A stretch of 64,000 nucleotides of DNA from Asterionella formosa (taxonomy: Eukaryota): NCBI GenBank assembly GCA_002256025.1, contig NKIB01012763.1, positions 1-64,000 on the forward strand, given 5' to 3'. The position numbers and the translations under genes were made by a program. The notes under the pieces are model-generated. The model did no database searches. It was not told the DNA's origin and saw only the letters and a list, made by a program, of their open reading frames with translations. Positions 11,046 to 23,673 of the stretch are shown one piece after another. How positions within the stretch are numbered: position 1 is the stretch's first letter; the number at the start of each line of letters is the position of its first letter.

Positions 11046-12107
11046 ATGATGGAAGAAGAATCGTCACAATCGGCGATCAGGCCGAGGACGACTCTCTTTA
11101 ATGTGTTACTCATACTGTTTGCGCATTGCTCTTTGGTGAGCTCTTTTCAATTTGAGCGATCCACCCAAGGAATACCGCCATCATTCGTGGCTGTTTCAAT
11201 GGTGGAGGGGCGTCGACAAAAGAAAAATAAGTACGGCGATTTTTCCAAGACAGATAACCTATTTCAAGATCCTTTAGAAGCAATGATCTCTGACTCCGAA
11301 GAAAAGAACACGCAAATAGAAAAGGAGCGGACTCGAAAGCCCAATCAATCCATGGTCAAAGTTGATGCTACAGACGAAAAGAGAACTCGGAATGAGATAT
11401 TATTTCCTGACACGAAGACAATCGATCCTTATGACCCCTCCACATATGGCTATGCTGAACTAGGGACAATAATTGGAGCACACGGCGTCAAGGGAGAAAT
11501 TAAGATTATGTCTGTCACGGATTTTCCGGAGCGTCTCTGTCGAAAAGGTGTTCGCCACCTCAAGGCGCCTAATAAACGAGCACCTCGAAAAGTACAGCTT
11601 TTGGGAGGGCGACATAGGATGGATAGAGAATTTCTGATTCTTTTGGAGGGAATTGGTGATCGGGATGAAGCCAACAAACTCAGAGGATGCGTGCTTTATG
11701 CAAGAGAAGAGGAGCGCCCTGAGAGCATTGAAGACGATGAATACATGATCAATGACCTAATTGGTCTCGATGTGCTGATCGAAGAAGGATTTTCAGATGT
11801 TGACGGTGCCGATCTTGGGGGTCGCTTTGTTGGGACTGTTGTGGGAATTGTCTTCGCGTCGGAAATGTGCGCCATACCCGGACTCGGTAATGATTTACTA
11901 GAAATATCGTTACCAAAAGTCCCTGGTGGAACAGCTTCACGAAATGATGAGCTGGTATTGATACCTTTCGTTCCCTCTATAGTTCCTAGGGTTGAGATCA
12001 ATCAAAACTCTATTCTTATTACTCCACCTGGTGGTCTTCTTGATCTGAAGTATATTCGAGAACAGAAATTTAGAATAAGAGGCTTCTTGCCTCCAGCTAG
12101 ATCATAA
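11046..12107 (+). CDS. rimM: Plastid-targeted ribosome maturation factor RimM
   Basis: Motifs LGTIIGAHGVKGEIKI, TDFPERL, DRDEANKLRG, DLIGLDV and LIPFVPSIVPRV...ITPPGGLL. Signal peptide ends SLVSS-F. Confidence 0.9.
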   Translation: MMEEESSQSAIRPRTTLFNVLLILFAHCSLVSSFQFERSTQGIPPSFVAVSMVEGRRQKKNKYGDFSKTDNLFQDPLEAMISDSEEKNTQIEKERTRKPNQSMVKVDATDEKRTRNEILFPDTKTIDPYDPSTYGYAELGTIIGAHGVKGEIKIMSVTDFPERLCRKGVRHLKAPNKRAPRKVQLLGGRHRMDREFLILLEGIGDRDEANKLRGCVLYAREEERPESIEDDEYMINDLIGLDVLIEEGFSDVDGADLGGRFVGTVVGIVFASEMCAIPGLGNDLLEISLPKVPGGTASRNDELVLIPFVPSIVPRVEINQNSILITPPGGLLDLKYIREQKFRIRGFLPPARS

Positions 12108-12134
12108 CGATGTAACCAGAAAAGTTAAATTTAT

Positions 12135-15100
12135 TCAATAAAAGGAAAACAGCTCATGCAGTGCGTATGGCAATTCTGGGCACTTGAGAGCATCCACTTC
12201 CTTTTCACAAGGGAGGAAGATGGGCATCTCGCCCACTCCTTCCATTCCAGCCTTTTTAACGGAATCAGCTCGCTCCTTGGAATTTGATTCTATGCGCTGA
12301 AGTTGGCAAGTGCAGATTTCTGTTTCAGCAGCCTTGTAAGCTTTGTAAAGTTCATGTCCCACTTCGAACTTCCCAACTCTGGAGAGGAATAGGATCGTAT
12401 GAGCAATACTTACACTATGCTCATTCTGCACACAGTTTGCCTTGAGTGCAGAAACGAGACTTTTCAACTCTTCTTCACTTCCTGCCCTAATCTTGATCTT
12501 GCCTTTCTTTTTCCTGCCGCCTTTCCTCTTGTCTTGGCCGATTTTGTTGAATTTCGACTTGTGCTTGTTAATGTCGTGCTGTGATGTCATTGTGAAAGAG
12601 GATTGATTTCCAACACTGATCACACTTGAAATACTTGTTGTACTTCCAAGTGACGCAGAGCTCAGGTTGCTTCGAACGCTTGCGTTTGACGTCTGTGATC
12701 CCATGGAGAACATGCTGCCCGTCTCGTCAGTTTCGTCAAGACCTTCGCCAAGACCACTAACCTCTTGGATGGCTGCTTTTCGCGCTTTCAGGCACATAAC
12801 GTATCTCTTCGAGGAATCTTTAAACCCTTCAATCATGTCATCCAAATCGTTTAGAGTAGTGTGAGCGAACGAAATGGCAGCATCAGTTGTCTTCCTGACC
12901 AAATCGTTTCGCATGTGAAGTAATGCGATGCGTCGAGCTTCGCTCCATTGTTCCGCCTGTATAAGCATATCAACGGCGCCCACAATGTCATTACCATAAT
13001 CCAGCAATATACGTGCGGCGTCCAGAAGTGCAGTCCGTTGGTTTGAGCTTGCTTTTCCAGCCGCAATTTCTGAAGCGATTTCTTGCGCAAGTCGACTGTT
13101 TCGTATCTGTATTGTTTCGTTGCCTTCGTCAAGCGGAGTTGCAAACGAAATCGTGAAAAAAAATCTCCAGTCACCACAAAGCTTTGCAGCCTCCTTTGCG
13201 CCCTCCAAATATGGTGGATTGGCAGATAGGAACACTGACAACGCTGAATCACAATGCTTTTTTTCAAGGAGGACATTTCCTAGTGACAAGAGAATTTGCT
13301 GCCGCTTTTCATCGTCATCCGTGAACAGCTTGAGTCCGAGTCGATGAAGTCCATATGATTCGATCAGGTTTAGGCAATGTAAGAAGTCGTTTCCAAAGAT
13401 TGGGACTGATTCTAGGTCTGGTTTGATTTCGTCAAGGGACTCAGGAACGTTTCCTGAGTTGTAAAGATTCGTTAAGGCAGATTCGTAACGTTCAAGTCGA
13501 ATGTCAGTTTCGTACTTCCCATAATGTTCAGGAAGACTTCTCAGTCGCTTCAGAAGAGCAAGATAAACCTTAGGATCCATTTGGGAATTCCGAGCCACTG
13601 ATCGTGCGAGGTCGAAATCATACATCCCTAGAGCTGTTTTGAACAAAAGCTCATAATCAGCGAGGAAAGCCAAATATTTGATTGAACCTTGCGCAATCTC
13701 GGAAAAAAGTGGGTGCTTGTTGCTATTTTCCTGATGGCTGGCAATAGCCTTTTCTCTGATCATTGAAAGTGCTTCCATCAGTCTCGGAGGGTTTTCCTTT
13801 GCGAAGGTGGACAATATAGGCAGCAAGAAGTGTCCGTCGGCAACAGGCCTTCCTCCAGCTGTTTGTCTGTCTCTCTCAGCTTGAAGAAAGACGGATCTAA
13901 TTTTTTGACAAACTTGGTTCACCTTGCTTTCTCCGATATCCTGTTTGTCCGGGGATTGCAGGAACCACCGAGGAACTGGATGCCGTCCTTGGGTCACGTC
14001 GAAATCTTGCTGACAGGAAATGAACAAATTCAAATAATCAACAGGTTTGACTTGTTCCACAAAGGCCTCAACTCCACCACCATGTATGAACTTATGTGGG
14101 TCCAAGTCAACAATCAGGTTCAAGTCAACCTTTTGCCTCCTCATAATCTTGAACGCCTCATTGAACTTCTGAGTGTCGATAAGCTTCATTACATGAGGTA
14201 GGACAAGGGCTCTTGGAAATATCCCTTCCATGTTCCCGCGAGTCATTTGCAAAATTGTGGTGGGTTCCTTTGGAAGAATGGCGACCAATCGAGCACCACG
14301 TTCTGAATGGCGACTTTCGTAGCCCTCTAGTAAGTGGTTTTCGTCAGAGCCCATTAGAGGATCAAAGTCTTGTAATTCTCCCAAGGGAAGGAATCTAAGC
14401 GTACAACGAGACCCAGCAGCAGTTGCGTAAACAAGAAAGCTGTGACCTGTCGATATTTGAAATGAGGACGCTGCATCGCACAAAAGCCGATCGTGACAAT
14501 ACAATCGCAACCGAGAAGATAAACCGACTACAAGGGGAGAGGGATTGGTAACCCCTGAAATCCATGGGCACGGTTCAAGCAGAGGATCAGCTTGAGAAGG
14601 TGTGATCTTACCCTCGCTGAACTCTATCAAAGTTCCGTCTACCAGTTCAACCAAAACCCCGTTTGGTTTGTCGGACCAACGGACCATTCGTAAGGCTTGA
14701 TCATCGAGACGCCATGCATTAGATATTTTGGCTTTTCCATTTTCAATAAGAACTTCTGTGAGCGTGTCATAAGTTTGGTTGTCCACTCCACAACACAGGG
14801 TAAGTAGTTGGATGCCGACGACGGTTGTAGCAGTAATGATAAACTGGCGCAGCGAAGAAATGTCCACGTCCTCTGTATTTACCACCTTTATTTCTTGTTG
14901 GTTTTTTTCATCGGCTCGATTGATGAGGAAAAGACTGCCGTCAGATAATCCGGCCACTCCTTCTGTGGATGATTCAGGGTTATAGTTCAACGCAAGTTCT
15001 CTGATGGGACATTTGAACTCGATACTTGAGGCATACATTGGAGGGGGAATTATCATTTGATGCAATGGCGTTCGATTTAATCTCGCTCCATCAATTGCAA

Positions 15101-16184
15101 AGGCTACACAGTCAGAGTCTGTCATCTGAATTAAACTGGGATCCCAGCAGAGTTGATATTCTCTCCACTTGCCTCCTTTCAAGCCGACGAAAAATCTGTA
15201 CGGATCCTCCGGGTGAAATTTGGAAAATGTCAACTGGTCTGAGTATGTAAATACTTTTTTGAGATACCAATGATAATTCGATCGATGCCAAAGTTGAAAC
15301 TCGGACCTAGATTCGTATTGCAGAGTGACTCCTAGGAGGTCTGATTCCACGTTAAAACACAATGCTTCGACTGCGGCGCTAGCGTCTCGTAAGAGAAACT
15401 CCCGATGCCTTAGCCCGTTGGGTTCAAAGAAAACAACTTGTTGTTTCGTTTTCCCTTTCCGTTGGACTGCTGCAAGTATATTTGAGCAAGTTGATGAGGC
15501 CCAAGTGAGGGGTGCACTCAAATTGGGGACGACTTTGCCAGAGCCATCTTCACTTCTTCCAACCGCAGTGAGTTCAAGTGTTTCTCGGTCATAAACCCTA
15601 ATTCTTCTGATTTCATCGACAGCTTCGATGCAGCTCACTGCAATCAAGCGACCATCTGGTCTCCAACAGAGGGATATTCGAGTTGAAGCATCGTCGTTCA
15701 ACGACGGCACAAAGCGTTCGATTTCAACTTCTGCAAGAATTTCCCACTGAGCATTCATTGTCAGAAGAACTGAATTAACTTTGTTCTCGTCGTCTTCGTC
15801 CATCGTCTGCGTGACCAAAGCCAATACTTCCGAATCGTTGCTCCAACCTGACGCTTCGATGCCGTTGTCGAAGTCTCCCACCATCTCCGCTGCTCCATTT
15901 TCAGAAACAACAGTGACGATCGGCCCATCTTGTGAAAGACATACAATCTCTGGATCTAAAAAGTTGATGGTTCTCCATCGTTTGGAAGGCGATTCGCATT
16001 GTTCATTCAGGTCTGTCTGCCACACTCTCGCGCCATGAATGTCAATTTTGGTCAATATGCCGTGGCTTGTGAGCAGTACAGTGTTATCGCCTTCTTCTGC
16101 TGGGACAATACCAAAATCCACAATGTCTCCCTCCCCTGCAGCACAAGACCTCCAACGTTCTCCTAAGTGAACCAAGTGTTTCAT
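12135..16184 (-). CDS. ELP1: Elongator complex protein 1 (IKI3/IKBKAP)
   Basis: 1349 aa. Motifs WRPDG, FFEPNGLRHREF, SNYHWYLK, LQMTRGNMEGIFPRALVL, ALGMYDFDLA, SQMDPKVYL and basic KIRAGSEEE. Confidence 0.95.
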   Translation of the reverse strand: MKHLVHLGERWRSCAAGEGDIVDFGIVPAEEGDNTVLLTSHGILTKIDIHGARVWQTDLNEQCESPSKRWRTINFLDPEIVCLSQDGPIVTVVSENGAAEMVGDFDNGIEASGWSNDSEVLALVTQTMDEDDENKVNSVLLTMNAQWEILAEVEIERFVPSLNDDASTRISLCWRPDGRLIAVSCIEAVDEIRRIRVYDRETLELTAVGRSEDGSGKVVPNLSAPLTWASSTCSNILAAVQRKGKTKQQVVFFEPNGLRHREFLLRDASAAVEALCFNVESDLLGVTLQYESRSEFQLWHRSNYHWYLKKVFTYSDQLTFSKFHPEDPYRFFVGLKGGKWREYQLCWDPSLIQMTDSDCVAFAIDGARLNRTPLHQMIIPPPMYASSIEFKCPIRELALNYNPESSTEGVAGLSDGSLFLINRADEKNQQEIKVVNTEDVDISSLRQFIITATTVVGIQLLTLCCGVDNQTYDTLTEVLIENGKAKISNAWRLDDQALRMVRWSDKPNGVLVELVDGTLIEFSEGKITPSQADPLLEPCPWISGVTNPSPLVVGLSSRLRLYCHDRLLCDAASSFQISTGHSFLVYATAAGSRCTLRFLPLGELQDFDPLMGSDENHLLEGYESRHSERGARLVAILPKEPTTILQMTRGNMEGIFPRALVLPHVMKLIDTQKFNEAFKIMRRQKVDLNLIVDLDPHKFIHGGGVEAFVEQVKPVDYLNLFISCQQDFDVTQGRHPVPRWFLQSPDKQDIGESKVNQVCQKIRSVFLQAERDRQTAGGRPVADGHFLLPILSTFAKENPPRLMEALSMIREKAIASHQENSNKHPLFSEIAQGSIKYLAFLADYELLFKTALGMYDFDLARSVARNSQMDPKVYLALLKRLRSLPEHYGKYETDIRLERYESALTNLYNSGNVPESLDEIKPDLESVPIFGNDFLHCLNLIESYGLHRLGLKLFTDDDEKRQQILLSLGNVLLEKKHCDSALSVFLSANPPYLEGAKEAAKLCGDWRFFFTISFATPLDEGNETIQIRNSRLAQEIASEIAAGKASSNQRTALLDAARILLDYGNDIVGAVDMLIQAEQWSEARRIALLHMRNDLVRKTTDAAISFAHTTLNDLDDMIEGFKDSSKRYVMCLKARKAAIQEVSGLGEGLDETDETGSMFSMGSQTSNASVRSNLSSASLGSTTSISSVISVGNQSSFTMTSQHDINKHKSKFNKIGQDKRKGGRKKKGKIKIRAGSEEELKSLVSALKANCVQNEHSVSIAHTILFLSRVGKFEVGHELYKAYKAAETEICTCQLQRIESNSKERADSVKKAGMEGVGEMPIFLPCEKEVDALKCPELPYALHELFSFY

Positions 16185-17210
16185 GGTTGTCTTTACTAAG
16201 TTTATTCTAAAAGTCTACTTTATACTAATGATCAAATTATCGATGACCATGGGAACTGGTACTCCTACCAGGTGCTCTCTGGTATCTGGACTATGTACCA
16301 GGGTACTACTTTATTACCGGGTGCTGAGTGCAGGTACCTGGTACCAGGTACCACTACACTCATTTTAACATCTCATGTGTGTACCGGGTACTCATACTCC
16401 AACCTTTTTCATTCTTGGCTCGCCTTAGTTGAAACTTATAGAGATTCCTGATTCCAGATCAGGTTATGAGAGTGACAATATATATTCGTCTGCAGTGACC
16501 TGATTAGGAACATGTACCCCAATTCACTACCGGTAGATAATTGATTCAAGGACACATGGTTAAATATCGCGTGTAAAATGCCACAGTTGAGAGAGAACTT
16601 TCAGGAGAAGTTCTCTCTAACCTATTAAATGGACTCTAGAAGATGATCAGACCTACTAGAGGCCAAATCAATAAATGATTGACTAGACAATTACAGCTAT
16701 GTCCGCAAAATCAAGGAAAATTAAAGAAGCAAACTAGATATGATCTAATTATGATTAACAGGATCATTCTGTAAGCAGTCTTCGATCAAACAGCATCTGG
16801 CCAAGTTGAGACAGGCCAAGATTAGACAAATGTGTATTTAGGAAGAGGATGTAGTTTATTCTCAGTTCAAGTTGGGAACACAAATGAACCTCGCCTCCGA
16901 AGATCACCTCTATTTTGAAACATGCATGAGCATGGAAGTTACAAAATTATACATTCAAATTTACATTTAGTACATTAAGCTCACTCTTTTATAAAAACAA
17001 TTATTAGCAAACAAAGTAAAACAAACAAATTGTGTAGAAACATTTTTCTAGCAACTTTTACTGTGTGAGAGCTACAGATTCGTAGCATCCACCAACTGCC
17101 TTCCACCATTCATATATATATATCATTATTAGCTAATACAGTACTGGTACTGGTATTAGATATACCGGTATACATTATGACTGTATCATATGTACAGGTA
17201 GTGTACTTGG

Positions 17211-17320
17211 TACTCCCTTTGGTTGAAAATAGTAGTTGCGGCGATTCTAAAATTTTCTCTGGGGCCATTTTGACTTCAACGATTTTCTCTGCCTCAATTG
17301 CCCAAATGTGAGCCATCCAA
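17211..17320 (+). mobile_element. Stowaway/Tc1-mariner-like element end, family B copy 1 (related copy at ~30209-30320)
   Basis: Begins TA-CTCCCT. Shares GTAGTTGC...AAATTTTCTC.GGGGCCATT.TGA...GATTTTCTC...CTCAATTGCCC..TGTG with 30209-30315. Confidence 0.55.
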
Positions 17321-19204
17321 AAGATATTGATCTCTGAATACTGCAGGGGTAAACTAAATAAAAATATAGTTAATTTAAACTTGGCAACTTCATTCTTTCA
17401 AAGACATGTTTTTGGGCTTTTTTATCCTCACTTTTGTCCATCTCAAGCAAAGCAAATGGAAATGCACAAACCGCACCCTTTTTTGCCATCACTCACTCTT
17501 AAAAAGCATAGAAGGAGCGATTTTTCAGTTTGTCAGTAGAAGGGCATCAAATTTTTCTCGATTATGGTTTGTGACACCTCAAAAGAGGACCTGACCAAAG
17601 GGACAAAATAGGTGATCGGCTTATTTTGTTGCCTGTAACGTTAAGTTCTTGTCCCATCATACGTTAGGCACGAGTACTATGCAACATATATGGAAATGCG
17701 CACTCAAATTTGTCTCTTGTTACTACAAAGATGGGTTGCACTGCCTGGCATCAAAAACATAAGCGTGGTGGCTGATGAGGTATGTGATTGCTGCTATAAA
17801 GTAAAATCCTTTCCACAAAAGCACCATGTAGCTATTGCAAGCCTGCCATAGCACTTAATTTGCCAAAATTCACATTTATTCAATTGCAAAAGAAATAGAT
17901 AGGGGAATGTGAAATGACCTCATTCACATGCTGTTGTTGCAAAGTTGAAATAAGAATGCAAGACTAGTTGGCTTTAATATTGCGTTGAATCATCAGCAAT
18001 TGAATCAACCAGAACATCTTTGCCTTTTACCTGAAGTGGCTTTGACCCAGGAAAAAAATTAAGTTTGGGCTTCGTGATCATGTCTTTTACAACTAGGTTC
18101 AAAAAGATGAAAAACGGTTTTATGCTCAGGAGGTCACACAGCGATTTGGGAAGCGCATTAGAACTCAGTAAATGTTACTATTACATGGTCCATTGGCAAT
18201 GGGACGCCCTTGGATAACCAAAATTGAAAGAATACCCAGCTGCGGACAACCCTTAACACCCTGAGTCATACATCTTTGGGAAATCCCACCCAGCAGAATC
18301 ATTATTATTCAAATCTGGAACCAATCCAATTGGCACACCCATTCAGTTTCGCCAAGCCACCAAGAGTATGAAGGTTTTAAAGATTTAGGTTCCTATTAAC
18401 CACGACTGGGGAAATGAGGCCAATAGACTTAAGAGGAAAAAGCGATCGCCATGCAGTACTCGCTATGAATCACTGTCACCATACGTCTGCAAATAAAAAC
18501 TATCATATTTCCAAGATGCATCATAGAATTGTGATCATCTAATCATAATTTTTCGTTGTATCATCTAATAATTTTGATAAATGCCCTTGTAATTTAAATA
18601 GTAACCCTTTTGACGATGTATATGTAATTATTATATGTATTGTTTCTATTAGGTTCCTGTATTTGAATTTCTTGGTAGGATAATGTACCAGCTAAAGCAA
18701 AATACTTTAGCTCATTGTCACCAGTACTCACACCGATTTTTGCAACAACGACGAAATACTGGCAATGTCAAGTGGAATGATTGTTTGCGATAACAACGTC
18801 TTCAATTGTTGGTCATGTGATCATTTTATATCTTTGAGTAATTGTCATGTGCAGTGAACCTTTGTTCATAATCATTCAATTAAGAGGTTACAGAGAAAAA
18901 ATCATTCAAACTCGTAATGGTTCCGCACACAGTGCACATTGTGAATCCGTTTCGTCGACCACCAGCATTACAATCTCGCCAATCAACCCGTGAACAAACA
19001 CATTCTACTTGTTCTCGTTGACTTTTTAAATTCTCAAATAATACTACATCTACTATTGAGATTCAGCATAGAAGGAGATACGAAAATGTAACAGACTACT
19101 GTCCACATAGCTATAGTTATAGAATGATTCTGATTACAATTTCTTTTTCATGTCGCTCGTTTCTGCATTTGGCATGCTGTACTTGTATTTACTATTGAAC
19201 TTGT

Positions 19205-19590
19205 GTCTGCATCTTTAATACCATCAAGAGAGCGAAAGCAAGCGGCTCTCTTCATTGCTGTTTGCTCGTAGGAAATATTTGATATCCGTATTGTCATTTG
19301 CTTGTTGGAACTGTCCGTTGCCTTGAACCTGCTTGGCGTGTGCGTACACACACTGCCGACTTGTTTTCATTGGTATGTTGTTCTTGTACTTGTCCACATC
19401 TTTGTTACCATCAATAGAGCGACAAGTGGCCTGGCTCTCTTCATTGTTGTTTGCTCCTGGAAAAGTCGGTGTCCGTGTCATCCTCATCAATAGAGGGGAC
19501 AAGTGTCCTTCATCATTGCGGTTTGCCGCTGGAAAAATTGGTACCCATGGTATTGTCATTCGCTCATTGGAACCACTGTCCATTGTCTCA
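19205..19590 (-). repeat. Degenerate tandem duplication of ~190-bp units in a decayed coding-like sequence
   Basis: TACCATCAA.AGAGCGA...GGCTCTCTTCATTG.TGTTTGCTC occurs at ~19218 and ~19406, with a third partial unit at ~19485. Units translate to related peptides (ANSNEES, ANNNEES, ANRNDEG). Confidence 0.6.
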
Positions 19591-22500
19591 AACCTGATTA
19601 GCGTGTGTGTATTTGCACTGTCGACTTGTTTACATTACAGGAGTGACTTAGCTACTAAAGTGCGTGTTATAATATCATACTCCGTAGAACGATGCAGAAT
19701 ACAGTTCCCAATCATCTCATCATGATTGATAAGATGATAATGTGATATCACGATAGAGTTACATCGATGCATACATCACCAAAGTATGATCCGTAATATT
19801 GAATAAAGTATATCACATAGCTATGATGCATTGATCATAGAACTGTGATGATTTCTTAAAATGTTTGTGATATAATTTTGATCAAAATATGATCATGTTA
19901 AAATAATACAATGACAATACAATACAATAAAATATGGTTATTGATAAATCACAGAAAATAAATAAATAAATAAATCATAATGTATGTTACTTAATATATA
20001 AATTCGACTTTTAATGTATACAGTAAAAGGCAACAGTTAATATGATAGTATTATATGGTGTGTAGGATCTAAGTATATGGATGCGTTAATATGTACATCA
20101 CTATAATATGATTTGTCATATGGATTGAGGATGCATATCACATATCGGTATCCTCAACAACCAGCCATCACGTTCATCGTTGTGTCGTTTTTCCTTGTTA
20201 TAGCTGTATTTATGCCGGCATGTGTATTGTGTAAACACTACGCTGGCAGAACATGCATATTACACTGTGCTCTGTTCAACAATTACTACACTCGGTTACC
20301 ATCACACCAGTTCCACCTCCACAAGCGCCGCAAAAAGCTAGCTCCGCGTTTCCCATCCACTGTTTTACATCATAGTCTTCTGGCCCTTTGACAACTTTCC
20401 AAATGGCATTTCATGGATTTAATGCAAAGGATCAGTCAAACAAAAACGTGACTTACTTCCATTGTTTACACTACACGAATTTATGTTTTCGGAAAAGAAG
20501 ATGAAGAATCTTATGAAATCAATCGGAGATTCCACACAACCAAGTAATATGTCCCATTAATCTTCCAGAACATCAAGATGAACATCATGAAAGCAGCGAA
20601 ACTATTGCATTTCTTAAAGAAAAGATATTCAAGAAGAAGTATGCGCTAGATAAAGACCTCAAATTCAAGAAGATCAATGCAGACAGAGATGTGATGGCCA
20701 TGCTGGCTAAGGCAGTTGATGCACTGAGTTGGGAACAAAGTTTGAAGAACAAAATTGAATCTTTTTCCAAGTCATACACTATGCGGTATTCACAAATTAT
20801 CGGGCAAGGTACTAGGTAACATCCTTGTATCCGGAATCATTCCATCGAAATACCATCAGTTACATTGATATGTGGTGGAATGTATATGGTACCAGTACCA
20901 TGGCATCCATCTGCATCCAGGAGTTATTAATGGTATCTTCGACAGGAGCCATTTTTCTTGTAGCAACAATTGAAAAAGAAACTTCATCATCGCTTTATGT
21001 ATCAATTACGGGATCCTTTGTATAAGTAGCTGATGGTGTCCCCATCGACGATGGGGTAGTACCCCCACTAAGTCCCTGTCGCCGATTGGGTTCCTTTGGA
21101 TAATCGCTGATTTGCTTTTTCTTTGTGAACTCATTTTGGTACTTGCTTCTTTGTTCCATACCGGCAGCATTTGCCATATGTCGCTTGTTTCCATGAACCT
21201 CTTTATGGTTTTTTGAAGACATCGTACTACTAGATATCCGTTGTAGTTGTCTTGCTTAAAGTTCGATGATCTTAAAATCAGGTGTTGCTAGCTACAATGA
21301 AATGAATCATCAGCCACTAAATATAAAATTTTACGCTGTCTAGATTTGATACCATAAAACCAACAGTGCTATTTACATTATCATATACAAAATCAGAACC
21401 GAGTTTGAGTAATAGCATATCTTGTTTTCAATTTTACGATTATACGATCCTAAAACTATGATGATTTATTGTCTGTCAACAATCCACTGATGGAAGAAGC
21501 CGGAGTTGTGGTCACTGGAAGAGTAATGGGAACTGGATCATTATATTCTTTCATGAATTGTTTGTAATCATCTAGATCAAGAATATCACCAGTGATAAAC
21601 TTGGCTTCAGGAAGACACTCAAGCTTGACCCATTGACCGACATTTACCAATGCTTGTCTCTTCAGACACCATGCATGGCCACCAAACTTTGCTTCTCTGT
21701 AACTTCATGAAGCTCTTCAATATAATTCCTATTTTTCTCCAACTCAGATTGAAGAAAATCCAAGGAAAGGTTTGTTTCAATTTCTTGCAATTGATGGTAG
21801 TCTATGCTTCTACACTGCTAATACTCAAGCATCATCAGCTTCAAAACTCTTTAGTTACTGGATGGCACTACAGTACGACATAAGACAAATCATTTCAAAG
21901 AGTAGCTACTGTACATAGTACTAGTCTAGTAGTACTACAATCTAGCTAGCTAGCTGGAGGTATAACTAAGTAACAAAAATTCATACCATTGGCTAGTAGC
22001 TGTCTGCCGCAAGATCAAAACTGCCATCCATCATCACGTGACTATATTTTTCTCTAGCTACTTATTGCACTTTTTCGCCAAAATTGCGTTACTCTCCTAT
22101 TCTCTCCTCTCTTCCTTCTTACTTTTCTCTCAACAAGCAAGATGCCTGAGATTTTCTGGCCTTTCGAAGATCACAGGGCTCACGATGGTGATGATGAAAG
22201 TGTATATCCTCATTACCATGATTTCAAGACAAACTTCAGTGTTACTTTTGGTGCATCACCATACTTGCGCACTTGAGGTTGGAATGCTCAAGGATTCCCA
22301 GCAGAGGAAACCTGAATTTTCCATGAAGGGTATCTATCTTCGATTGATCAAGACATATGAGTTTGTGAGGACCTATCTCAATCAATACCACTGGTTTGCA
22401 CCCTTTAGTCCTGATTCCATTAGTGTGATCCTAGAGGGATATAGGACTCTTGTGGATTATCCACTTTTCTAGTTTCTTGCTTTTTTCACTTATTTGAGCA

Positions 22501-23318
22501 AAAGTCTCGAGGCTCTGGGAAGATTGTACATTGGACACATCAATGTGCGTGATCCTAATGCCGATGATAGTAGGTAGTACAAGTGAAAAGTTAGGATCAC
22601 CCAAATTCCCCTTGATACCTTCGCCTCTCCCAAAATCCCCTTGGAGATCAATAAGATTATGACCTTTTGGTAATGTTGAAATGCTGTTGTAAATGACAAT
22701 GGATTATACACCAAACAGGTAATCATTACCATTGAAGAGAGGGAGAATGTGGAGAAGAAGTTCAAGTCCATAACTATGGTTTTTGTGGAGCAAAATTAGT
22801 TTCCAACTCCTATTGCTTGTTTTCACTATCTAGGGACAATAAATGATAAATCCAACCATGATTTGCACAAGTATATAGAGTGTGGCATGGGTCAATTGCT
22901 GCTGCAAGCTGAAACTCATCTTCATTTCTTAAATGAGGCCTGGAATTGTGGATAACCAGGATGCCCTTCCCAACATCAACCAGTTTTTGTGCAGGTGCTG
23001 CTTGCTAATGCGGTGGAATGGTATAAATCCCTGGGATTTACCCACTGTAATCCAATTCATTGGAGCAAAGGATAGGCTCAATCGTCCTCTTGAAAACCTT
23101 CTTCATGATGATAGGGGGGGCTATTACTCTAACTGGAGAACTATTGGAGCTTGCGCTTCATACATACACTGCCCCCCACATCATGAATACTGTATAATTT
23201 GCTCAGGGGCAATATGCTAGTGGACACAGTGGTAAGTTTTTCGGCAAAAAAGTTAAATTTTAGGCACAGCAGCTGGACCACAATCAAAACATATGGTTAT
23301 TCGGCATATTTATATAGG

Positions 23319-23413
23319 AAAATGATATTTCGTCTCCCTAACCCTAACCCTTGGCTTCAGATGCTACCTTGGAAGTGTCTAGGGTTAGGGTTGGGGGGAC
23401 GAAATATCATTTT
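23319..23413. repeat. 95-bp inverted-repeat element with inward telomere-type repeats (CCCTAA)2 ... (TTAGGG)
   Basis: AAAATGATATTTCGTCTCCCTAACCCTAACCC ... TAGGGTTAGGGTTGGGGGGACGAAATATCATTTT; the arms pair over about 30 nt. Confidence 0.8.
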
Positions 23414-23673
23414 GCTTCGTCGTCCAAATCATTTACCGGTAGATACCGGTATATATTTTCATGCATAAACTTTTGTACAGCGTAAATAAATTTTTGAATG
23501 TTTGGCAAACTTTTACAGCTTGTATGCGACCCTAAGAATGTATTACACATCAGTCAAATGCATAATGTCCGTATGTAAAAATCGGATTACATACCGGTAA
23601 ATTGGTTGGAAGTTTGTGAAACCCGAACCCCAACTGTGACTGTCGGCATCAAATTTAGGATACCTTTCCTTGC

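Noticed and set aside
16400..16960. Possible solo LTR or Copia primer-binding site (CAGGTTATGAG at ~16459)
   Set aside because: No second LTR, target-site duplication or gag/pol sequence is visible.
22038..23220. Coding-like stretch with several short ORFs
   Set aside because: It is interrupted by stops and I recognise no domain; it is probably decayed TE or pseudogene sequence that I cannot assign.
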